The notes under the pieces were generated by a model. That model did not search any database, was not told the DNA's origin, and worked only from the letters and a program-made list of their open reading frames with translations. From a virus, in the IMG/VR virus record IMGVR_UViG_3300007513_000984, positions 25,670-89,669 of that record: a stretch of 64,000 nucleotides of DNA; one strand, written 5' to 3'. Shown one piece after another: positions 38,640-48,911 of the stretch. The position numbers and the translations under genes were made by a program. Each line of letters begins with the position of its first letter. The stretch's first letter is position 1.

Positions 38640-39794
38640 ATGGAAAATCTTTTCGAAGGAAAAAATTGGGACACTACTCGTGAAACACTTCTAGACGGTT
38701 TAGAAGGTAACAAACGTGACGTAATGTCATCAGTTTTAGAAAATACAAAACAAGCACTTACAGAAAGTGCTACAGCAGGTGCATCACAGTCTGGTAATAT
38801 TGCTACTTTAAACAAAGTAATTTTACCAATAATTAGACGTGTTATGCCTACTGTAATAGCAAACGAAATCATCGGCGTACAGCCAATGACTGGTCCAGTT
38901 GGACAAATTCACACATTGCGTGTACGTTATGCTGAAACTGTTGGTTCAACAACTGCAGGTTCAGAAGCATTATCACCTTTTGATATTGCTACATCATATT
39001 CTGGCGACGGAACAAACGCTCCGGCGGCTACTTCGTCATTAGAAGGTGATGCTGGTAACAAAATGTCAATTCAAGTTCTTAAGCAAACAGTTGAAGCGAA
39101 AACTCGTAAACTGTCTGCACGTTGGACTTTTGAAGCGGCACAAGATGCCAATGCAATGCACGGCTTAGATGTTGAAGCAGAAATTATGGCGGCTCTAGCA
39201 ATGGAAATCACTGCTGAAATCGACCAAGAAATCTTAACATCATTAGGCAACCTTGCTACAGGTTCTGCAACATATGACCAGAGTGCTGTAACAGGTACTC
39301 CAACATTTGTTGGTGACGAACATGCGGCTCTTGCAACAATGATGAACAGAGAAGCAAACCTAGTTGCTCAACGTACTCGTAGAGGCGCGGCTAACTGGGC
39401 AGTTGTTTCACCTGCGGCACTTACAGTGCTACAGTCTGCAACTACATCAGCATTTGCACGTACTACTGAAGGTACTTTCGAAGCACCTACAAACACTAAG
39501 TTTGTTGGTACTTTAAACGGCACAATGAGAATTTATGTTAACACATATGCCTCAGATGCTACACCAGTACTTTTAGGTTATAAAGGTCAAGGCGAAATTG
39601 ACGCGGCGGCATTCTATTGCCCATACGTTCCACTAATGTCTTCAGGCGTTGTGGTTGACCCAGGCACTTTTGAGCCAGTAGTTTCATTCATGACTCGTTA
39701 TGGTTATGTTGAATTAAACAACACTGCATCATCACTTGGTAATGCGGCTGACTACGTTTCAAAAATTGCAATGTCAAACCTTTCATTCGTATAA
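38640..39794 (+). CDS. gp23: Major capsid protein
   Basis: GVQPMTGPVGQI, VEAKTRKLSARWTFEAAQD, EIDQEIL, FYCPYVPL, FMTRYG. Confidence 0.98.
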   Translation: MENLFEGKNWDTTRETLLDGLEGNKRDVMSSVLENTKQALTESATAGASQSGNIATLNKVILPIIRRVMPTVIANEIIGVQPMTGPVGQIHTLRVRYAETVGSTTAGSEALSPFDIATSYSGDGTNAPAATSSLEGDAGNKMSIQVLKQTVEAKTRKLSARWTFEAAQDANAMHGLDVEAEIMAALAMEITAEIDQEILTSLGNLATGSATYDQSAVTGTPTFVGDEHAALATMMNREANLVAQRTRRGAANWAVVSPAALTVLQSATTSAFARTTEGTFEAPTNTKFVGTLNGTMRIYVNTYASDATPVLLGYKGQGEIDAAAFYCPYVPLMSSGVVVDPGTFEPVVSFMTRYGYVELNNTASSLGNAADYVSKIAMSNLSFV

Positions 39795-39816
39795 TATTTT
39801 TATACAACTTGAATAT

Positions 39817-39843
39817 AAAAGGCTCCTTCGGGAGCCTTTTTTA
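39817..39843 (+). terminator. Rho-independent terminator after MCP
   Basis: GGCTCC-TTCG-GGAGCC followed by a T-run. Confidence 0.92.
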
Positions 39844-39904
39844 TTGCCTGCTTCCAAACGTTGATAAGATAAATACAATAAACGTATAAATTTGGAATAA
39901 TATA

Positions 39905-40729
39905 ATGGCAGAACGAATATCCTTTGGCGATACTTTAATACTTACAGGCGAAAAATTACTTATAGATAATGATACTAACGATGGTATAATTAAATCTAAG
40001 AATGGAATAGTTAGGATTGACGGAAATCTTACGGTATCAGGAACTACAACTACCGTAAATTCGGAAACTGTAACAATAGCAGATAATATAATAGTTCTCA
40101 ATTCAAACGAGACCGGTTCTCCATTTGAGGATGGTGGTATTGAAATTGAAAGAGGCACATCATCAAACAAATCATTAACGTGGAACGAAACAGATGATAA
40201 ATGGACAGTAGGTTCAGAATCTTTTGTTGCTGGAACATTTGAGGGCGCCGTAACAGGTGATGTAACAGGCACAGTTTCTAGTTTGGCTAATCACGATACT
40301 GATTCTTTGTCAGAAGGTTCAAGGTTATATTATACAGATATTAGAAGTAGAGGCGCAATAAGTGTTAGTGGAGATTTATCATATGATAGTGCAACTGGTA
40401 TAATTAGTTCTCCTGGTTTAATGCCTCTTACGTTGATTAAAACGTTAACGACAAATTATACACCAGTTACTGCTGACCATGGATATTACATAAGAATAGA
40501 TTCAACTAGTAATGTTGGAATTACTTTAGTAAGTGATAGTACAGAAAATATTCCAATAGGCACTACAATGATTATTGGTAATTTAAATACAGGTGTAGTT
40601 TCAATTTCTGGTGGGGCAGGAGCAATAGTAATTTCGCCAACAGGTTATGCAATTTCCATACAATATGGTAAAGTCACAGTTATGAAAACTGCGGCGAATA
40701 CTTGGGAAATTAATGGAGACTTAATTTAA
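39905..40729 (+). CDS. Short fibre-like virion protein, N-terminal paralog of 42069..45914
   Basis: MAERISFGD..., GNLTVSGTTTTVNS, GIEIERG...WNETDDKW. Confidence 0.7.
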   Translation: MAERISFGDTLILTGEKLLIDNDTNDGIIKSKNGIVRIDGNLTVSGTTTTVNSETVTIADNIIVLNSNETGSPFEDGGIEIERGTSSNKSLTWNETDDKWTVGSESFVAGTFEGAVTGDVTGTVSSLANHDTDSLSEGSRLYYTDIRSRGAISVSGDLSYDSATGIISSPGLMPLTLIKTLTTNYTPVTADHGYYIRIDSTSNVGITLVSDSTENIPIGTTMIIGNLNTGVVSISGGAGAIVISPTGYAISIQYGKVTVMKTAANTWEINGDLI

Positions 40730-40739
40730 GGAGAAAAAC

Positions 40740-41300
40740 ATGAATATAAACAATACACAATATTTGGCACATCTTATGGATTCTCATGTGGCTATGAGAC
40801 CAGATGGCGGGTCATCAAGAGCCGTATTTGCTTCTACTTCTTACGATTGGAAAATTATAATATATGGTGGTACAATGCCAACGGCTTCTGCGTTTGATTC
40901 AGGATGGTCCACATTATATAGACCTCATATGTATCAAGGCTCAACAACAAAAACTGCAGGTTCGGAAGTATTAGTAACATATGACGAGGGATTTAGTAAA
41001 TCTGGAAATACAGTTACTATAGCATCTAGTACACCTTCATCAACATATCATAAAGATGGAACAGCAACCTGGGCAGCCATGTGTCCAAACTTTACCGAGC
41101 AAAATTACGGAAATACATATTCAAGTTCTGAGGGAAGTGGCATTGGAAATCCATGGTGGTCAGGCAATCCTATTTCGCCAATAGCGATGTTGGTTGATGT
41201 CTCAGAACCGAGCGGTTCAGGAATAGTACAATTAGTAAGCACAACAGTTTCTGGTTCCGCCCCCACTTTTTACACTTGTGCATATACATTAGGAGTATAA
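40740..41300 (+). CDS. Putative virion protein, 186 aa
   Basis: AAGGAG SD; IIIYGGTMP...GTATW motif shared with the next gene. Confidence 0.55.
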   Translation: MNINNTQYLAHLMDSHVAMRPDGGSSRAVFASTSYDWKIIIYGGTMPTASAFDSGWSTLYRPHMYQGSTTKTAGSEVLVTYDEGFSKSGNTVTIASSTPSSTYHKDGTATWAAMCPNFTEQNYGNTYSSSEGSGIGNPWWSGNPISPIAMLVDVSEPSGSGIVQLVSTTVSGSAPTFYTCAYTLGV

Positions 41301-41302
41301 TA

Positions 41303-41737
41303 ATGGCAGTTTTAAGATTATCAACACAATACAAAAGAATGTGGGCAAATTCATTCGGTACAATAACGACAGCAAACCAGGAGGAAATGGGAAATTGGTG
41401 TTTTCACAATGTAAATGGAACACTTGGAGCATCTACAGATGTTACTATATATAGCGGCACCATCAATGATGTAGGCAATAGTACAGTGTTATTAACAGCA
41501 CAAACAACTCAATCTAGGGTCGAACTAGACGGAAGTGACCATATTATAGTATATGGCTGCCCATCAACTGCCGCAACGGCATCGGGTACTGCTTCGTGGT
41601 TTGCATTAGGCGACTGGGCATACGGAACAATAGGAACAGATTCAAGTTCTGACTTAGTGATTGGTACACTTTCGATAACCTCTGGTCAAGAATATACTAT
41701 TGATAATATAAAGTTTAACTTTACAAATGCTATATAG
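41303..41737 (+). CDS. Putative virion protein, paralog of 40740..41300
   Basis: AGGAG SD before ATG 41303; VTIYSGT...SGTASWF...GTIG. Confidence 0.55.
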   Translation: MAVLRLSTQYKRMWANSFGTITTANQEEMGNWCFHNVNGTLGASTDVTIYSGTINDVGNSTVLLTAQTTQSRVELDGSDHIIVYGCPSTAATASGTASWFALGDWAYGTIGTDSSSDLVIGTLSITSGQEYTIDNIKFNFTNAI

Positions 41738-42008
41738 TTTTGCAGGATTAATTAAGACTTTAGTGGACTACTACTCTTTTGAGGGTAATGAGACTTCAGA
41801 GATGCCTGCTATTACTATAACTTCGATAGATAATTCATTTAGTGGCACATCTACTACTGAACTACCAACAATTACTATAACTGGAATAGATAATTCATTT
41901 AGTGGTGCATCTACTACTGAGATGCCTATTATTACTATAACTTCGATAGATAATTCATTTAGTGGCACATCTACTGTCGAACTGCCTACTATTACTATCG
42001 CCGCTTAA
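41727..42008 (+). CDS. Small protein built of 20-aa repeats
   Basis: 93 aa; TEMPxITITSIDNSFSGxS repeated ~3.5 times. Confidence 0.5.
   Translation: MLYSFAGLIKTLVDYYSFEGNETSEMPAITITSIDNSFSGTSTTELPTITITGIDNSFSGASTTEMPIITITSIDNSFSGTSTVELPTITIAA
41793..41999 (+). repeat. 60-bp tandem repeat, 3 full copies plus a partial
   Basis: Units start at 41793, 41853, 41913 and 41973; ATTACTATAACT..GATAATTCATTTAGTGG conserved. Confidence 0.9.
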
Positions 42009-42068
42009 TTCCAAACCCATAAGATAAATACATATAATATAACTTATTAGTGTTTTTGGAACAATATA

Positions 42069-45000
42069 ATGGCAGAACAAATCAAATTTGGTGATAGACT
42101 ATTCCTCACAGGTGAAAAATTAGTACTAGATAATGGTGCAAGTGCAGGCATTATCATGTCTGAAAGCGGCACAATCGAGATTGAAGGCAATCTTATAGTA
42201 ACTGGTGATACAACAACAGTTAATTCACTTCAAACTAGTTTTGCTGACCCTAAACTTCTAATTAATGGTGACCTTACAGGAGCACCAACTGAAGATGTTG
42301 GTATCGAAATTGGTCGTGGCACTTCAGCAAACAAATTCTTAACATGGAATGAAACTTCAGATAAATGGACAGTTGGTTCTGAGAGTTTTGTAGCAGGCAC
42401 ATTTGAAGGCAATCTAACAGGAGATGTTACAGGTGATATTACATCATCTGGTTCTACATTTTCTGGTATAGATATTAATGGTGGAACAATTGATGGTACT
42501 CCAATTGGTGGAACTACTCCTGCGGCTGGTAATTTTACTCTTATAACTGGTGACGGAACAGGACTTACTAATATTTTTACGAATTATGATACTGACGATT
42601 TAGCAGAGGGTTCAACAAATTTATTCTTTACAAATGAACGTGTAGATGACAGAGTTGATGCATTATTTACATCAGCATACGGAATAACTGGAACTTATAA
42701 TGATGCAGGTGATGAATTTACTTTAGCATTTGACCCAATCAATGCAGGCTCAGCCATCGCAGTATTAGATACAACAGATACAACTCAAGCAAAATTTAGA
42801 ACAATACGTGAAGGTCAAGTAGCATCAGGTGGACATGGAGACTTAACAGTTGCTTTGTCTGGTGATGAAATTGTAATTGATACAACTATTCCAATAAATC
42901 ATGTAGCATATAACTCTTATACTGGTAACGGTACTATTAGTGTCTATACATTGCCATACTCAGTATCACAAGATTGGCAAGTCTTAGTTTATATTGATGG
43001 TGAAGTTCAACATCCAGTAACAAACTATGCAATATCTGGCTCAACATTAACATTAACATCTTCGTTGGGTAACGGTGCAGTGATGAATGTTATAAGGATG
43101 GCAACAAATTCTGTATCAAGTACTATAACAGATGCAACCACATTGGGTGGAAATCTTCCAGCACACTTTTTAGATTGGGCACAGACTACAGGAACGCCAA
43201 CTACATTAGCCGGTTATGGAATAACAGATGGTTATGCAAATAGTGATGTTGACTCTCATTTAAATCAATCAAATCCAACATCAGGATATGTTCTTTCTTG
43301 GAATGGTTCAGATTATACATGGATTGATAACGCTGGTTACACAGATTCAGATTTTGACACAAGATTTGCAACTAAATCAACAACAAACTTATCAGAAGGT
43401 ACAAACTTATACTATACAGATGCTCGTTCAAGAGCGGCAATTAGTGTTTCAGGTGACTTATCTTATAACTCATCAACTGGTGTTATTTCATCAAGTGGAC
43501 TTGCTTCTTCAACAACAGATGATTTAACAGAAGGCTCAACGAATTTATATTACACAACTGCTAGAGCAAATACAGATTTCGATACAAGATTAGCAACAAA
43601 AGACACAGATGATTTAACAGAAGGTTCATTAAGTTTATATTATACAGATGCAAGGGTACGAGCAGTTTCACTAGAGCATATTGTAGAAGACACAACACCT
43701 CAGTTAGGTGGAACCTTAGATTTAAATACATTTGACCTTACTACAACTGACCCTACAGTTTCATTAACAACAACATTAACACCAACTACGGCACAAGGAA
43801 CAGTAGCGGCGACAACAGACACAAATTTATCTAATGTAACTATTGCTTTTACAGATGATAATGCCAACGTTGCAAATGCCACGAGTGCTTATACAACTCT
43901 TACTAGTACACAAATAACTAATTTAGGATTTAAAGGCGAAATATCATTAACTTACTTTGGTGCGGCCGCTCCTACTAGTAATTTTGTTTGGAGAGACGTA
44001 TCTGATAGTGCAGAACAAAACGATATGATTTCTGTTTATTCTCCACCTTCAGATGAATACACATTTACATTACCACATGAAACAGGATTTCAAATAGATT
44101 CAACTGATGCGGATATTTACTTCAAGCAATATGCTTATGGAGAAATGACAGTAACGACTACAAGTCCACTTACTGGTAGTAATATTCAACTTAGAGATGC
44201 TAATGGATTTTATATTGATAAAGACCACGTAACAGTTACTAATATTTCTGGCAATGATTATAAGATTGTTTTTTGGACACACGATGTTAGTGCGGGAGAT
44301 GTTATTGATGTAGTTAGTCCATCGGCACAAACAGCAATTTTTGAATGGGGTACTGAATCATTTTCTGAACCTGGTTTTGCCTTAACTTCTGAGGGTTTCT
44401 CAGTAACATCATCTACTAATGATATTTTTGCATTGGGTGATTTAGAGATTACAACAGGTAGTACAACAGGAGAAGTTGTAGGTTGGGCAGTTTATGACCA
44501 TCCTACTAATAATGCAATAATTTCTGGATTAACAACAGTTACGATAGACGGAACTGGATATCAAACGGCATTAACAACCACTGAAGTTCCAATTTTAATG
44601 ACAGGTAATGCAGGCACTTCAAACGAACTTAGTATAGCAGTTGGTGGTCCACTGACTACAGTTGCAGATGCAAGACTTTGGTTAATAGATAGTTCTGGAG
44701 ATTTAATTTATAAATTCCCAGCGGCAGATGGAACAGCAAATCAAGTAATGAAGACTGATGGTGCAGGCGACATTTCTTGGGCAACACAAAATACAGATGA
44801 TGTTACAGAAGGTTCAACAAATCTATATTACACAGATGCTAGAGCAGATGCAAGGGCACAATTAAAAATTGATGCTTTAGTTGGTGGAGCATCAGCGGCC
44901 TTCGATACATTAGTAGAAATTGAAAACGCAATGGCTACTGATACTGAATTGACCAATGCAATTGCGGCACTAAATCACGATAGTCTTTCTGGTTTTGTAG

Positions 45001-45914
45001 CAAACGAACACATTGACTGGACATCAGCATCAGCAGGTACTATTCATGCTAGTAATTATACAGATACAAATACAGACACGACTTATACAGCAGGTACAAA
45101 TGTAACTATAAGTGGTTCTAACGTTATATCTGCAACAGATACTAATACAACATATGTCGATTCAGATTGGAATCATGACAATTTAACTGGCTTTGTTGCA
45201 AATGAACACATAGATTGGACTTCAGCCTCAGCAGGCACTATTCATGCTAGTAATTACACAAACACTGGAGATACAACATACACAGCAAGTGGAACTGGAC
45301 TTACTCTTGTTGGAACAGTATTCAGTAATACTGCTCCAGACCAAACAGTATCATTAACAGGAACAGGTGCTACTACTGTTACAGGAACATATCCTAACTT
45401 TACTATTGATAGTACAAATACGACTACAAGTATTACAGGTGATATAATTCCAGCAACAGATAATACATATGATTTAGGAAGTTCTGCTAAGAAGTATGCT
45501 AACATATATGGTCATTCAGTTCACGCAACATATGCCGATTTGGCAGAACGATACGCAACTGACGTTCCTTATGAATCTGGAACAGTTGTAATATTGGGTG
45601 GAGAGGCAGAGATAACAGTAACGTCAGAAGCAAGAGATGTTGCAGTTGCTGGTGTAATCTCAACAAACCCAGCAGTAAAATTAAATGCAGATGCCGGTAA
45701 TTCAGAAACACATCCTTATGTAGCATTAAGAGGAAGAGTTCCATGTAAGATGATTGGTCCAGTATCTAAAGGTGACCTAATCGTAACAGCAGACAATGAG
45801 CCGGGTTATGCTCAAAGTATAGGCAAAGAGAACGCAGGTCGTTCAGTCTTTGCAAAATCAATAGAAACAGACTTAACAGAAGGTAAAAGATTAATAGAGG
45901 TAGTTATTCTATAA
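42069..45914 (+). CDS. Long tail-fibre-like protein with C-terminal intramolecular chaperone (peptidase G2-like), 1281 aa
   Basis: Repeats TDDLxEGSTNLYYT; C-terminal YADLAERY...GVISTNP...VALRGRVPCK...KGDLIV. Confidence 0.75.
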   Translation: MAEQIKFGDRLFLTGEKLVLDNGASAGIIMSESGTIEIEGNLIVTGDTTTVNSLQTSFADPKLLINGDLTGAPTEDVGIEIGRGTSANKFLTWNETSDKWTVGSESFVAGTFEGNLTGDVTGDITSSGSTFSGIDINGGTIDGTPIGGTTPAAGNFTLITGDGTGLTNIFTNYDTDDLAEGSTNLFFTNERVDDRVDALFTSAYGITGTYNDAGDEFTLAFDPINAGSAIAVLDTTDTTQAKFRTIREGQVASGGHGDLTVALSGDEIVIDTTIPINHVAYNSYTGNGTISVYTLPYSVSQDWQVLVYIDGEVQHPVTNYAISGSTLTLTSSLGNGAVMNVIRMATNSVSSTITDATTLGGNLPAHFLDWAQTTGTPTTLAGYGITDGYANSDVDSHLNQSNPTSGYVLSWNGSDYTWIDNAGYTDSDFDTRFATKSTTNLSEGTNLYYTDARSRAAISVSGDLSYNSSTGVISSSGLASSTTDDLTEGSTNLYYTTARANTDFDTRLATKDTDDLTEGSLSLYYTDARVRAVSLEHIVEDTTPQLGGTLDLNTFDLTTTDPTVSLTTTLTPTTAQGTVAATTDTNLSNVTIAFTDDNANVANATSAYTTLTSTQITNLGFKGEISLTYFGAAAPTSNFVWRDVSDSAEQNDMISVYSPPSDEYTFTLPHETGFQIDSTDADIYFKQYAYGEMTVTTTSPLTGSNIQLRDANGFYIDKDHVTVTNISGNDYKIVFWTHDVSAGDVIDVVSPSAQTAIFEWGTESFSEPGFALTSEGFSVTSSTNDIFALGDLEITTGSTTGEVVGWAVYDHPTNNAIISGLTTVTIDGTGYQTALTTTEVPILMTGNAGTSNELSIAVGGPLTTVADARLWLIDSSGDLIYKFPAADGTANQVMKTDGAGDISWATQNTDDVTEGSTNLYYTDARADARAQLKIDALVGGASAAFDTLVEIENAMATDTELTNAIAALNHDSLSGFVANEHIDWTSASAGTIHASNYTDTNTDTTYTAGTNVTISGSNVISATDTNTTYVDSDWNHDNLTGFVANEHIDWTSASAGTIHASNYTNTGDTTYTASGTGLTLVGTVFSNTAPDQTVSLTGTGATTVTGTYPNFTIDSTNTTTSITGDIIPATDNTYDLGSSAKKYANIYGHSVHATYADLAERYATDVPYESGTVVILGGEAEITVTSEARDVAVAGVISTNPAVKLNADAGNSETHPYVALRGRVPCKMIGPVSKGDLIVTADNEPGYAQSIGKENAGRSVFAKSIETDLTEGKRLIEVVIL

Positions 45915-46186
45915 TTAACTCAGTTTATAATAAAATTAACTGTAAGTATTGCTTTTCCACTTATTTCGATAAATACTCTTGTAACAGGAAGATAAAGGGT
46001 CCTGTTGCAATTCCCACGTAGAAGATGAAATTTTTTATCTTATACTAGGCTAACCTTTGTCTTAGTCGGAGGATGTTTTAAAGTGAGAAGTAAAGATATA
46101 TTCTAGCAACATTCTTATTAACACAATATGGAATGGTAACATTCTTAAATATTTTATAAAATATAAATAAACGGGAGAAAACGAAA

Positions 46187-48619
46187 ATGGCAGCATATGC
46201 AATTCAATTCCGACGTGGTACAACTACTGAACACAACTCCTTTACTGGTTTAGCCGGTGAGGTTACAGTTGACACAGATAAAAATACAGTTGTTGTCCAT
46301 AACGGTTCAACAGCAGGTGGATACGCCTTGGCACTTGAAGGTGCCGCAGTATCAACGACAACAGGTACGTTCACAAGCAACGTAACAGTTGGCGGAACAT
46401 TGGCAGTTACTGGTGGTAACTTGACAATGACTGGGCACATTTTGCCTAGTGCAAACGTAACTTATGATTTAGGCTCATCAAGTATGATGTGGAAAGACAT
46501 CTACGTTGGTCCTGGCTCATTATATGTTAATGGTAAAAAAGTTATCGAAGATGACTCTGGCGCAATTAACATTACTACAGACAACAACGAAGACCTTAAA
46601 TTAACTACTACTGGTACTGGTACGTTAAAATTCATTTCAGGTAATGGTATTAACTTTACTGGTGAATTAGGTGCAGTATCTGGTGATTTACAAATCGGTG
46701 ACCATATCGATATGAATTCATCATTAATTAAAGAACTAGCAACTCCAGTTTCTGGCACAGATGCGGCGAATAAAACTTACGTTGATACAACGTCAGCAAG
46801 TGCGGTAACAGGTGGTGCAAACGCAGGTTCTTTTACTACAGTAACAACAACAGGTAACGCTACTATTGGTGGCAACTTGACAGTTTCTGGTACAACTACG
46901 TACATTGCAACTGAGGCTATAACATTAGCAGATAATCTATTCATAATCAATTCAAACGCAACTGGTTCTCCTACAGAGAATGGTGGTTTTGAAGTTGAGC
47001 GTGGTGATTCTCTAAACGTTCAGTTCTTATGGAACGAAACAGATGACAGATGGACAGTAGGCGCACAGAATTTTCATTCAGGTGCAAACATTACTGCTTC
47101 TACATTAACTGGTGATTTAACTGGTGATGTAACTGGTGACTTAACTGGTGATGTAACTGGTGATGTAACTGGTAACTTAACTGGTAACGTAACTGGTAAC
47201 ACTTCAGGTAGTGCAGGTACTGTAACAAGTATTGCGGCTCATCTTAAAGATGAAGACGATATGGCTTCAGATAGTGCTACTCACGTTCCTTCACAACAAT
47301 CAGTTAAAAAATATGTTGATGATTCAATATTAACGAAAGATAATACTGACGAAATTACTGAAGGTTCAACTAATCTTTATCATACAACTGCAAGAGCAAG
47401 AGCGGCAATTTCTGCTTCTGGTTCTTTAAGTTATAACTCAACATCTGGTGTTATGTCATTCACAATGAATGATGAAACAGTTCAGGATATTGTTGGTGCA
47501 ATGATTACAGGTAACACTGAAACAGGTGTTGCAGTAACTTATGATGATGCAGATGGTACTTTAGACTTTGTTGTAGCAAGTCAAACTGACGAAAACTTTA
47601 CAACAGCAGACCATGCCAAATTAGATGGTATCGAAGCAAGTGCGACAGCAGACCAAACTGATGCAGAAATCAGAACGGCAGTTGGAGCGGCTTCAGACTC
47701 AAACATCTTCACTGATGCTGACCATAGCAAATTAGATGCTATCGAGGCTACAGCAGATGTTACAGATGCTACTAACGTAGCGGCGGCTGGTGCAGTTATG
47801 GAATCTGATGCAACAACGGCAGCAATGACGTTTGTTAAAGATGAAGATAACATGGCTTCAGACAGTGCTACTCATTTAGCAACACAACAATCTATCAAGG
47901 CTTATGCAGATGCAGGTGATGCCTCAACATTATCATCAGCACAATCATATGCAGATACGGCAGAAGCAGATGCGAAAACTTATGCAGACGCGGCCGTAGC
48001 GGCAATCGTTGACTCGGCTCCAGGTACATTAGATACTTTGAACGAATTAGCGGCGGCTCTAGGTGATGATGCCAACTATGCGACAACTACTACAGCGGCA
48101 ATAGCAACTAAGTTGCCATTAGCAGGTGGTACAATGACGGGTGACATCGCAATGGGTGGTAATGATATCACTGGTGGCGGTGACGCAACATTTACTAACT
48201 TCAACGGTACGGCGACATATGCAAAATATGCCGACCTTGCTGAGAGATATGCGGCAGACGCCATATATGAAGAAGGTACAGTAATGACATTTGGTGGTGA
48301 AGCAGAAGTAACTTCTGCTCAAGGTTATGGTTCAACAGCAATTGCAGGCGTAGTTTCTACTAAGCCAGCGGTAGCAATGAACTCAGAAGCCGGTTCATCA
48401 GAAACTCATCCATATATTGCTCTACAAGGACGTGTTCCATGTAAAGTAACAGGCACAGTTTCTAAAGGTGACATTCTAGTTGCATCTGAAGTTTCAGGTA
48501 CAGCAACTAAGTGGTTAGAAGATTCAGTAGACCCTCGTATGACAGCATACGTTGGTATTGCTATTGAAGATAAGACTACTGATGGCGAAGGCTATGTTGA
48601 AGTTAAAGTAGGTAAGTAA
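46187..48619 (+). CDS. Tail-fibre-like protein with Mtd_N-like N-terminus and peptidase G2-like C-terminus, 810 aa
   Basis: IQFRRGTT...GEVTVDTDK..VVHNG; TGDV repeats; YADLAERY...LQGRVPCKV. Confidence 0.75.
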   Translation: MAAYAIQFRRGTTTEHNSFTGLAGEVTVDTDKNTVVVHNGSTAGGYALALEGAAVSTTTGTFTSNVTVGGTLAVTGGNLTMTGHILPSANVTYDLGSSSMMWKDIYVGPGSLYVNGKKVIEDDSGAINITTDNNEDLKLTTTGTGTLKFISGNGINFTGELGAVSGDLQIGDHIDMNSSLIKELATPVSGTDAANKTYVDTTSASAVTGGANAGSFTTVTTTGNATIGGNLTVSGTTTYIATEAITLADNLFIINSNATGSPTENGGFEVERGDSLNVQFLWNETDDRWTVGAQNFHSGANITASTLTGDLTGDVTGDLTGDVTGDVTGNLTGNVTGNTSGSAGTVTSIAAHLKDEDDMASDSATHVPSQQSVKKYVDDSILTKDNTDEITEGSTNLYHTTARARAAISASGSLSYNSTSGVMSFTMNDETVQDIVGAMITGNTETGVAVTYDDADGTLDFVVASQTDENFTTADHAKLDGIEASATADQTDAEIRTAVGAASDSNIFTDADHSKLDAIEATADVTDATNVAAAGAVMESDATTAAMTFVKDEDNMASDSATHLATQQSIKAYADAGDASTLSSAQSYADTAEADAKTYADAAVAAIVDSAPGTLDTLNELAAALGDDANYATTTTAAIATKLPLAGGTMTGDIAMGGNDITGGGDATFTNFNGTATYAKYADLAERYAADAIYEEGTVMTFGGEAEVTSAQGYGSTAIAGVVSTKPAVAMNSEAGSSETHPYIALQGRVPCKVTGTVSKGDILVASEVSGTATKWLEDSVDPRMTAYVGIAIEDKTTDGEGYVEVKVGK

Positions 48620-48655
48620 TAATTAATTAATACTTTTTACTAAGATTTTAAAATG

Positions 48656-48684
48656 AAAAAGGGAACCGAAAGGTTCCCTTTTTT
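48656..48684. terminator. Bidirectional Rho-independent terminator
   Basis: A5-GGGAACC-GAAA-GGTTCCC-T6; lies between the fibre gene (+) and the ncRNA (-). Confidence 0.9.
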
Positions 48685-48905
48685 AATACAAGCAAAATAG
48701 GTGGGACTATGGATTTACCCACAAGTGAGGACGCAGATACCATTCTGAAACCTCAACAACCTAACCCCGCCAGTGACTGCGATGTGACTCCCTCTGTTTT
48801 CCAGATAAAGCCTGGGTACCACCCCTGGTTAGTCAAGTTCGACTCTCTGGTGAAAGCCTCTTCCTTGCACTATTAACAAAAGTTAATTAGACTTTTGCTA
48901 CTTAT
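48660..48905 (-). ncRNA. Candidate ~250-nt structured ncRNA
   Basis: GC-richer ORF-free region bounded by a promoter and terminator; closing helix AGTGCAAG/CTTGTATT around a multi-stem core. Confidence 0.75.
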
Positions 48906-48911
48906 AATTTA

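Noticed and set aside
41793-41999. Possible CRISPR array
   Set aside because: Contiguous in-frame repeats without unique spacers; no cas genes.
46149-46164. 16-bp palindrome ATATTTTATAAAATAT as an operator or origin
   Set aside because: Pure A/T in an AT-rich intergenic region, single copy; plausible by chance.
46187-48619. Diversity-generating retroelement suggested by the Mtd_N-like N-terminus
   Set aside because: No reverse transcriptase and no TR/VR pair differing at adenines in this window.
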